A stretch of DNA of 64,000 nt from positions 40,359-104,358 of the forward strand of contig JBDRPL010000019.1 in assembly GCA_043827025.1 (NCBI GenBank), given 5' to 3'. Origin of the DNA: Candidatus Micrarchaeota archaeon (GTDB taxonomy: Archaea > Micrarchaeota > Micrarchaeia > Anstonellales > Bilamarchaeaceae). The notes below the pieces were generated by a model. It saw only the letters and a list, made by a program, of their open reading frames with translations. It did not search any database and was not told the origin of the DNA. Both the position numbers and the translations under genes were made by a program. Below, one piece after another: positions 56,993-64,000 of the stretch. Numbering within the stretch: position 1 is the first letter of the stretch; every line of letters begins with the position of its first letter.

Positions 56993-58135
56993 ATGTCCGA
57001 CTTATACAACGAATCTTTGGAATTGCACAGGAAACTCAAGGGAAAGATTGGCGTGCTTGGAAAGGCAGAGCTGAAGACTGCATATGATCTTTCAGTTTGC
57101 TATACTCCTGGGGTTGCAGAGCCTTGCAGGGCAATTGCCAAGGATAAAAGTCTGGTTTATGACTTGACTTTCAAGAACAACACTGTCGGCATAATCACAG
57201 ATGGGACTCGAGTGCTTGGTCTTGGTAACATCGGGCCAGAGGCTGCGCTTCCAGTTATGGAAGGCAAAGCACTAATCATGAAGCAGTTTGCGAATATTGA
57301 CGCGATTCCAATTTGTTTGAAGACAAAGACAGCAGACGAATTTGTGGAAACAGTGCAGAGGCTTGAGCCTATTTTTGGGGCAATTAATCTTGAAGACATT
57401 GAAACGCCAAAGGTCTGGGACATTGAAAAAAGATTAACTGATTCGCTTTCCATTCCAGTTTTCCACGATGACCAGCATGGGACTGCAATGGTTGCCCTTG
57501 CAGGCCTGATCAATGCGCTTAAGGTGGTTGGCAAGAATAAAGATGGGATAAAAGTTGGAGTTGTTGGAGCAGGCTCAGCAGGTTTTGCAATCACCAAGCT
57601 TCTATCTTTCTATGGTGTGAAAGACATAACTTGCTTCGATTCCAAAGGGGCGTTGCATCCTGGAAGAAAGGACATGAACCAATACAAATTTGAGATTGCG
57701 AACCTTAATTCTGACAAATTCAGCGGAAAAATAGATGACTTTTCTGGTGCGGACGTAATCATCTCAGCTTCAAAGCCTGGTGCTGTTCCTGATAAAACAA
57801 TAAAACAGATGAACAAGAACAACATCGTTTTCGCGCTTTCCAATCCCGTTTCTGAAATCAGCCTAGAGCAGTCAAGGAAGCTTGGAATAACTGTTTTCGG
57901 AACAGGAAGAAGCGACTATCCCAATCAGATAAACAATTCCATTTGCTTCCCTGGATTTCTGAGGGCATTGCTTGACCTGAAGATAAAGAAGATAAACTAC
58001 AAGATGTTTGTTGCTGCTTCCACAGGAATAGCAAACACGTTGAAGAATCCTACAGCTGAAAGGATAGTGCCTGATGTCTTTGATAAAAATCTTGTTCCAA
58101 ACATACTGGCCTCTGTGAGGAAATCGATCGACTAA
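56993..58135 (+). CDS. NAD(P)-dependent malic enzyme
   Basis: YTPGVA, DGTRVLGLGNIG, PVMEGK, INLEDI, FHDDQHGT, GAGSAG, TGRSDYPNQINN. Confidence 0.95.
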   Translation: MSDLYNESLELHRKLKGKIGVLGKAELKTAYDLSVCYTPGVAEPCRAIAKDKSLVYDLTFKNNTVGIITDGTRVLGLGNIGPEAALPVMEGKALIMKQFANIDAIPICLKTKTADEFVETVQRLEPIFGAINLEDIETPKVWDIEKRLTDSLSIPVFHDDQHGTAMVALAGLINALKVVGKNKDGIKVGVVGAGSAGFAITKLLSFYGVKDITCFDSKGALHPGRKDMNQYKFEIANLNSDKFSGKIDDFSGADVIISASKPGAVPDKTIKQMNKNNIVFALSNPVSEISLEQSRKLGITVFGTGRSDYPNQINNSICFPGFLRALLDLKIKKINYKMFVAASTGIANTLKNPTAERIVPDVFDKNLVPNILASVRKSID

Positions 58136-58141
58136 TTGGAT

Positions 58142-58780
58142 TTATCCATATGATCGTGAGATTTCTCTGATTGTTTCCATCAGCTCTTGGACAGTTTCGA
58201 AGTAAACTGTGTTCTGCCTGAAAAACTTCATGGTTTCCCTGCTGAGCCCAAGACTGTTTCTTCTGCAGTCTCCGAAAAGCAACTCGTCTGACGTCAGCAC
58301 TGTATACCCATTTCTCAGCGCACCGTTTACTGTTGCCCTTACACATTGGATCCTTTCATATCCTGCAATTATAGTTCCTTTTATTTCATACTCTTTCAAA
58401 AGCATTCTGAGTTCAGGCATCATAAACCCATCAAGAACTTGTTTTACTATGGTTTTTGAACGATTGTCTGCAGCAGCCTTCAAACTAGGGAAAGTCCTGC
58501 CTGTCCCTGCCATTTCTGGCTTTTTCGTTTTCCAGAAAAGTGGGACATTTTTTATTTTTGGAGGTTCATATTCAAGAAATGTCGTAGTTATTTCCAATTC
58601 CCCTGCAAATTTTATAAGTTCTTTGACTTTTCTTAATCCCGTATCTACATTTCCATGTGCGTAGCTCATTTCAGGAAGGAATCTTGGCTGAAGGTCCACG
58701 ATTATGAGTCCGAGTTTGCCTTTTGGAATGCGTTGGTTTACTGTTTGAGTAGGATTTTGTGGCTTTGCAACTTGTTTCAT
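58142..58780 (-). CDS. Isochorismatase-like cysteine hydrolase with an N-terminal extension
   Basis: LIIVDLQ, IVK...DGF, IAGY...CV..T; start set to ATG 58780. Confidence 0.78.
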   Translation of the reverse strand: MKQVAKPQNPTQTVNQRIPKGKLGLIIVDLQPRFLPEMSYAHGNVDTGLRKVKELIKFAGELEITTTFLEYEPPKIKNVPLFWKTKKPEMAGTGRTFPSLKAAADNRSKTIVKQVLDGFMMPELRMLLKEYEIKGTIIAGYERIQCVRATVNGALRNGYTVLTSDELLFGDCRRNSLGLSRETMKFFRQNTVYFETVQELMETIREISRSYG

Positions 58781-58847
58781 ACAGTTAATATTTATTACAC
58801 CCAATTATTTTTATGTTTTTCTTAATGGGCATTTCTGTTTCCCTCTA

Positions 58848-60251
58848 TTATTTCTTCACCCTCTTCAAAATCTCCTTATCCACTTCAGCAGGCCCTGTTA
58901 TCGAAATGACTTTCTCAAGGTCTTTCTTGTCCATTATCTTTTTCTCTAGAATCAGTTCCTTGAGCGTTTTTCCTTTCTGGTATGCTTCTGTCACCAGTTT
59001 GGACACCAGAGAATATCCAAGGTATGGATTAAGGGCAGTTGCATAAGCGAACGAGCTGTCGAACAATTCCTTGGTCCTCTTCTCGTCAACAACAAGTCCG
59101 TCAATACATTCTTCTCTAAACAATTTGGTTGCGTTCTTTAGAAGTTCAAGGGATTGCATCAAATTATATCCTATCAATGGAGTCATCCAATTCAGTTCAA
59201 GTTGGCCAGATTGGGTTGCAAGCGAAATCACATGGTCATTGCCCATTACCTGAAAACAGCACATGTTCACTGCCTCTGGAACAGACGGATTGATCTTTCC
59301 AGGCATTATTGACGAGCCAGGTTCAACTGCCGGCAAAATCATCTCGCCAATTCCTGTTTTCGGTCCGCTGCATAATAAGCGCAAATCATTTGCTATTTTA
59401 TTGAGGCTTACTGCATAATTCCTCAGGCATGAGGATGCATAGAGCATCGAGTTCATATTCTGGTTTTCCTTTATAGGTGATTCAGAGGCATAAACCTCGA
59501 TCTTTGCTATTTCATTTAACTTTGCAATGAGCTTCTTTCGGAAATCAGGATGCGCGGTTATTCCTGTCCCTATCGCATTTCCCCCTATTCCGAGGCATCC
59601 AAGGAAGTCAGGGGATTTTTCAATTATGTCGCGGTCATGCATTATTGAAACTCGATAAGCGTCAAACACCTGTCCATAGGTTACAGGGACGGCGTCCTGA
59701 AGGTGGGTGCGTCCGCATTTCACCAACTCAGCATATTTTTTGGCTTTGGCATCAAGCAATTTTTCAAGAAGAACAATTTCCTTGTCAAGGTCTTTTATCT
59801 CAAGAATCGCAGCAATCTTGATTGCTGTTGGAGTCACATCATTCGAACTTTGACCCATATTCACGTGATTGTTTGGATGAACTAGGTATTGGCCTTTCTT
59901 TCCCCCGATAATCTCTGTCGCTCTATTTGCAATTACTTCATTTACATTCATATGCAAGGGAGTGCCAGCTCCTGCCTGGAAGGCATCAAGTATGAATTCC
60001 TTATCGAACTTTCCAGCAAGAACCTCATCACATGCTTTAACAATTGCATCTCCTTTCTGTTTATCAAGCGAACCGACTTCCATGTTTGCAAGCGAAGCTG
60101 CCCTCTTTATCATAACTACTGCACGTATGATTCGCAAGTCAACCTTTTGGCCAGATAACTTGAAGGTATTGCTTGCCCTTACAGTAAATATGCCATAATA
60201 AGCATCATCAGGAACTTCCGCCTTTCCAAGAAAATCTTCTTCTGTTCTCAT
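58848..60251 (-). CDS. Aspartate ammonia-lyase / class II fumarase family protein
   Basis: YYGIFT.RA, NVNEVIANRA, GRTHLQDA, GSSIMPGKINP; specificity (AspA versus FumC) not resolved. Confidence 0.9.
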   Translation of the reverse strand: MRTEEDFLGKAEVPDDAYYGIFTVRASNTFKLSGQKVDLRIIRAVVMIKRAASLANMEVGSLDKQKGDAIVKACDEVLAGKFDKEFILDAFQAGAGTPLHMNVNEVIANRATEIIGGKKGQYLVHPNNHVNMGQSSNDVTPTAIKIAAILEIKDLDKEIVLLEKLLDAKAKKYAELVKCGRTHLQDAVPVTYGQVFDAYRVSIMHDRDIIEKSPDFLGCLGIGGNAIGTGITAHPDFRKKLIAKLNEIAKIEVYASESPIKENQNMNSMLYASSCLRNYAVSLNKIANDLRLLCSGPKTGIGEMILPAVEPGSSIMPGKINPSVPEAVNMCCFQVMGNDHVISLATQSGQLELNWMTPLIGYNLMQSLELLKNATKLFREECIDGLVVDEKRTKELFDSSFAYATALNPYLGYSLVSKLVTEAYQKGKTLKELILEKKIMDKKDLEKVISITGPAEVDKEILKRVKK

Positions 60252-60340
60252 AATTCTGTTTTGGATATTTGTTATTTTAATTCTTGTGTTTTTTGTGAAT
60301 ACTTATAAATTTTAGTCTGTTAGTTCTATTGGTGTTTTTT

Positions 60341-60565
60341 ATGGCAGAAGAATATAGCAATGAAGGATGGGTATCCTACAAACCAGGCAAAGCGAAACCC
60401 TGGGAAAAAATTGTAATCAAGGAGAAGGAACTCAAGACATATTTCCAAAAAGAGCAAGGAATAAGAATTTTGCAGTTCAAAACCCATGGAGATGTCGTAT
60501 GGGTAAAGGTCAATGCCAAAGATGTAATGAAAATGGTAAAATTTGGCTGGCTTAGGGCACAGTAA
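60341..60565 (+). CDS. Small hypothetical protein
   Basis: ATG 60341 preceded by a GGTG SD-like motif and TATA-like TTATAAA. Confidence 0.6.
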   Translation: MAEEYSNEGWVSYKPGKAKPWEKIVIKEKELKTYFQKEQGIRILQFKTHGDVVWVKVNAKDVMKMVKFGWLRAQ

Positions 60566-60579
60566 TTTTTTATTGTTCT

Positions 60580-61539
60580 TTATTTCCCAACCAATCCAAA
60601 CTGTGCAAGCAATGCCTCTAACTGTATGCGTTCACTCGCACCCTCTACTATCCTGAAATTGTATTCGGCCAGTTTGTCTATAAGCACTATCTTCTTTTTC
60701 TCCTCTATTTTCAAATCAGGTATCTCCCTGTAAATCTGGAGCATTACATCCTCTCCGCTTAATCCATAGGTAATTATAAGTTTGTCAAGATTCTCCCTTG
60801 ATTTCATGAAATCTCCACTGATGGCAAGGTCAACCATTTCCCGGACTTCCTTCGGCTTTGCGCGGCTTCCGATCTTGTGAACTGATTCAGCAGTGATCTT
60901 CTTATTATGGAGTGCGCAGCCTTGCATGAGATTAAGCGCCTTTCTCATGTCTCCTTCAGAAATATAGTATATTGCTTTTTCAGCCTCTTCGTCGATGTGC
61001 AGGCCTTCTTTATCTGCAACGTGCTTTACCATTTTCTTTACATCTTCATATTGCAAAGGAAGGAACCTGAATATTGCGCACCTACTCTGCAACGGCTCGA
61101 TTATGCGTGAAGAGAAATTACAGCTCAAGATGAACCTGGTAGTGCCTGAGTACGATTCCATAGTCCTTCTTAGTGCATGCTGTGCATCACTTGTCAGAGC
61201 ATCTGCCTCATCAAGAAATATCAATTTGAAAGACGCTTCGCCAAGAGATACGGATCTTGCAAAACTTTTTATTCCACCTCTTACTACGTCAATACCTCTT
61301 TCATCCGAAGCATTGAGGTCCATAAAGTTTCCTGCAAGATTTTTTCCATAAATATCGTGGGCAAGCGCAAGCGTAGATGTAGTCTTTCCTATTCCAGGCG
61401 GACCTGCGAACAGCATATTAGGCATGTTCTTACTTTTTACGAATTCCTTGAGTGTCTTCACGACTTCTTCTTGTCCAAAGACTTCATCCAATGTCTTTGG
61501 CCTGTACTTCTCGGTCCAAGGCAATAGTTCAACATCCAT
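60580..61539 (-). CDS. rfcS: Replication factor C small subunit
   Basis: PWTEKYRP, GPPGIGKTT, LNASDERGID, LDEAD, SRC; no intein. Confidence 0.97.
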   Translation of the reverse strand: MDVELLPWTEKYRPKTLDEVFGQEEVVKTLKEFVKSKNMPNMLFAGPPGIGKTTSTLALAHDIYGKNLAGNFMDLNASDERGIDVVRGGIKSFARSVSLGEASFKLIFLDEADALTSDAQHALRRTMESYSGTTRFILSCNFSSRIIEPLQSRCAIFRFLPLQYEDVKKMVKHVADKEGLHIDEEAEKAIYYISEGDMRKALNLMQGCALHNKKITAESVHKIGSRAKPKEVREMVDLAISGDFMKSRENLDKLIITYGLSGEDVMLQIYREIPDLKIEEKKKIVLIDKLAEYNFRIVEGASERIQLEALLAQFGLVGK

Positions 61540-61610
61540 AATATCATCTATAATTAGTTATGGGTAATTACTGGCATAATAAATATTTAAATCTTCACGG
61601 TAGGGTATCC

Positions 61611-61651
61611 TTGCCAATAAAATATCGGAGTTTAATTGACTTTATTGGCAA
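61611..61651. promoter_or_regulatory. 11-bp perfect inverted repeat in the divergent rfcS / surface-protein intergenic region
   Basis: TTGCCAATAAA-N19-TTTATTGGCAA. Confidence 0.5.
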
Positions 61652-61732
61652 AAGTAGGTTATCAGCGACGTTTTCAAATGCGATAAATATATAAGGCATT
61701 ATAGTACATCTTATTCTTAAGGGTAGAAAGTA

Positions 61733-64000
61733 ATGGTCACTTCAGGTTCAAATCATTTATTCCAAATCTTTTTCGCCAAGCCTGTTCTCCTGATTTTTAT
61801 CTTGTTTCTTGCATCTGCTTATGCCAGTGGTCCGACTATAAGTGCCTCTAACATAACCTCCAGTAGTCCAAGTTTTTTGACAAATTCTACGTTAATTGGC
61901 TGGTGCAGTGCAACTGACGATAATAGCGAACTGCTTTCTTATGATGTCAAATGGTTCAAGAACAGCGTCCTTTATTCACAGCCAATATCAGAATATATCA
62001 CAACGGGTCAAGCTCATAGTTGCGGCATCCTTACAAATGGTTCTGCTTATTGCTGGGGGCAAGGTTCTAGTGGGCAAATAGGATATGGCGGTATTGTTCA
62101 GCAACTCCTTCCAAAAGCAGTCAATATATCAGCAACATTTAAGACAATAACTGGAGGTTATTACAGTGTTTGCGGTATCCTTACAAATAATTCTGCTTAT
62201 TGCTGGGGTAATAGTGGTCAAGGTCAATTGGGGTATGGTGGAACTACCAACCAATACAATCCAATAGCAGTCAACATCTCATCAACATTCCAGGCACTGT
62301 CTGGTGGTTATTTCCATACATGTGGAATTCTTATAGATGGGACAGCTTATTGCTGGGGGTTAGGCTCCGATGGTAGATTGGGGTATGGTGGAACAACGCA
62401 ACAAAACAACCCGATTATAGTCAACATTTCATCAACCTTTAAAATGATCTCAGCTGGAAGTTCACATACCTGTGGTATCCTCACTAATGGTTCAGCTTAT
62501 TGCTGGGGGTTAGGCTCCAGTGGTAGATTAGGGTATGGTGGCACTACTAGTCAGAAAAATCCAAAGGCAGTCAACATGTCATCAACATTCAAGATAATAT
62601 CTGCTGATTATATTCATAGCTGTGGCATTCTTATCAATGGAACTGCATACTGTTGGGGTAATGGTACTTATGGTCAACTAGGGTATGGCGGCGTTGATAA
62701 TCAGAACAACCCAAAAGCAGTCAACATTTCATCAACCTTCAAGACAATATCCACAGGAGGTTATCATAGTTGTGGTATCCTTACAAATGGATCAGCATAC
62801 TGTTGGGGTAATGGTAGTAAGGGTCAATTAGGATATGGGGGGATTGTGGACCAATACAATCCAATAGCAGTTAATATCTCCGCAACATTCAAGACAATTT
62901 CTGTTGATTATTTCCACACTTGTGGCGTCCTTACTAATGGCACAGCATATTGCTGGGGTCTTAATGCTAATGGCCAATTAGGAGACAATAGCACTACTCA
63001 GCAGAACAACCCAAGGGCAGTTATTGCTTCTAGTACCATGTGGCCTCAGTTTTCACAAGGGTCTTTAGCCAATATAGCAAATATCACTCATGGGTTGACA
63101 GTATATGATAATTGGACATTAGAATGCACTGCCAGCAATGACACCATTTATTCTTCCGCCCTTAATTCATCAATAATAACAATAACAGATATAACCGCGC
63201 CGTCTATCTCAATAGAGTATCCTACAAATGGCTTGAATCTCAGTACAAATGTTTCAATAACCTTGAATTTCACTGCAATTGATCCAGAATCAGGATTAAA
63301 TACTTCGACCTGCACTTATTCGCTTGATGCAGGAGCGGGAGTTGCAATTCCTAGCTGTAATAATGGAACGTTCGACACATCTGAAGGTTCCCATTCAATA
63401 ACTGTTTCAGCAGCAGACAATCTAGGCAATACAGGAACCTCAAGCAGTATATCATTTACAGTAGACCTCACAGTTCCAAGCCTGACTATAGAATCCCCTA
63501 TAAACAATACAAACTATTCAGTAGACTCAGTAGACCTTAACTTCACAGCAATAGAGCGACTGACAGACCTAGACAAATGCTGGTATTCCTTAGATGGAGG
63601 TGCAAACACAACTTTAGTAGGCTGTGCCAACACAACCATAACTCCAGGAGAAGCCAGGCACAACATTCTATTCTATGCAAATGATACTGTTAACAATGTA
63701 AACACAAGCAGCAACCTGACGTTCACAATAGACTTAACAGCACCTTCCCTTACAGTGGAATCACCAATAAACAATTCAAATTACTCAGTAGACTCAGTAG
63801 ACCTTAACTTCACAGTAATGGATACTTTGACAGGAATAGACAAATGCTGGTATTCCTTAGATGGAGGTGCAAACACAACTTTAGTAGGCTGTGCCAACAC
63901 AACCATAACTCCAGGAGAAGCCAGGCACACTATTTTATTTTATACAAATGACTCAGCAAATAATGTAAACACAAGCAGTAACCTGACGTTCACAATAGAC
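61733..64000 (+). CDS. Large secreted surface protein: RCC1-repeat beta-propeller plus tandem Ig-like domains (truncated by the window edge)
   Basis: Frame translated by hand from ATG 61733 with no stop to 64000 (756 codons; absent from the ORF track); signal peptide ...LIFILFLASAYA; seven CG.L..G.AYCWG....G.LG-type repeats; D.T.P...C.YSLD Ig-like units. Confidence 0.9.
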   Translation, partial: MVTSGSNHLFQIFFAKPVLLIFILFLASAYASGPTISASNITSSSPSFLTNSTLIGWCSATDDNSELLSYDVKWFKNSVLYSQPISEYITTGQAHSCGILTNGSAYCWGQGSSGQIGYGGIVQQLLPKAVNISATFKTITGGYYSVCGILTNNSAYCWGNSGQGQLGYGGTTNQYNPIAVNISSTFQALSGGYFHTCGILIDGTAYCWGLGSDGRLGYGGTTQQNNPIIVNISSTFKMISAGSSHTCGILTNGSAYCWGLGSSGRLGYGGTTSQKNPKAVNMSSTFKIISADYIHSCGILINGTAYCWGNGTYGQLGYGGVDNQNNPKAVNISSTFKTISTGGYHSCGILTNGSAYCWGNGSKGQLGYGGIVDQYNPIAVNISATFKTISVDYFHTCGVLTNGTAYCWGLNANGQLGDNSTTQQNNPRAVIASSTMWPQFSQGSLANIANITHGLTVYDNWTLECTASNDTIYSSALNSSIITITDITAPSISIEYPTNGLNLSTNVSITLNFTAIDPESGLNTSTCTYSLDAGAGVAIPSCNNGTFDTSEGSHSITVSAADNLGNTGTSSSISFTVDLTVPSLTIESPINNTNYSVDSVDLNFTAIERLTDLDKCWYSLDGGANTTLVGCANTTITPGEARHNILFYANDTVNNVNTSSNLTFTIDLTAPSLTVESPINNSNYSVDSVDLNFTVMDTLTGIDKCWYSLDGGANTTLVGCANTTITPGEARHTILFYTNDSANNVNTSSNLTFTID
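61991..63022 (+). repeat. Seven intragenic RCC1 repeats with an exact 150-bp period
   Basis: TGY-TGG-GG (CWG) starts at 62051, 62201, 62351, 62501, 62651, 62801 and 62951. Confidence 0.93.
63464..63997 (+). repeat. Two tandem 267-bp Ig-like domain repeats
   Basis: 63464-63730 versus 63731-63997; 93-bp identical block 63570-63662 = 63837-63929. Confidence 0.93.

Noticed and set aside
61991..64000. Diversity-generating retroelement target (variable repeat/template repeat pair)
   Set aside because: The repeats are in-frame tandem protein domains, the differences are not confined to adenines, and no reverse transcriptase is in the window.
1..64000. CRISPR array, IS element, integrase or provirus
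   Set aside because: No regularly spaced 25-40 bp repeats with unique spacers, and no transposase, integrase or viral hallmark ORFs recognised.

Overview
Gene-dense archaeal chromosome segment, most consistent with a DPANN lineage, probably Micrarchaeota. This placement is an inference from archaeal-type EF-1alpha, AspRS, AsnRS, ValRS, DnaG, Alba, L10e, RFC-S, ScpA/ScpB and SepF, a multi-intron tRNA, class III pilin-like genes and large Cys-rich or Ig-like surface proteins. Housekeeping and metabolic genes (eno, ppcA, malic enzyme, aspartase/fumarase, class II HMG-CoA reductase, AglH-like GlcNAc-1-P transferase) are interspersed with singleton orphan ORFs. The most notable signals are ones the ORF track does not show. 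(1) A tRNA-Asp(GUC) gene split by three introns at 15/16, 37/38 and 59/60, each with a bulge-helix-bulge-type junction (8470-8680, minus strand). (2) A ~200-nt multi-helix leader with cloverleaf-like topology in front of a stand-alone EF-1alpha gene, plus a three-way-junction leader in front of rpl10e; both are candidate undescribed cis-regulatory RNAs of the translation apparatus. (3) A large secreted protein running off the right edge, in which a seven-bladed RCC1 propeller with an exact 150-bp period appears to be inserted inside an Ig-like domain. Also present: a five-gene class III pilin-like operon, a TPR-AAA+ ATPase, a CBS-HPF-like fusion, a 37-bp promoter repeat shared by two small orphan genes, and operator-like palindromes around an AAA_14/DUF4143 gene. 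I found no CRISPR array, rRNA, transposase, integrase or reverse transcriptase. All family calls come from motif recognition and all RNA folds from pairing by hand; no searches or folding programs were run.
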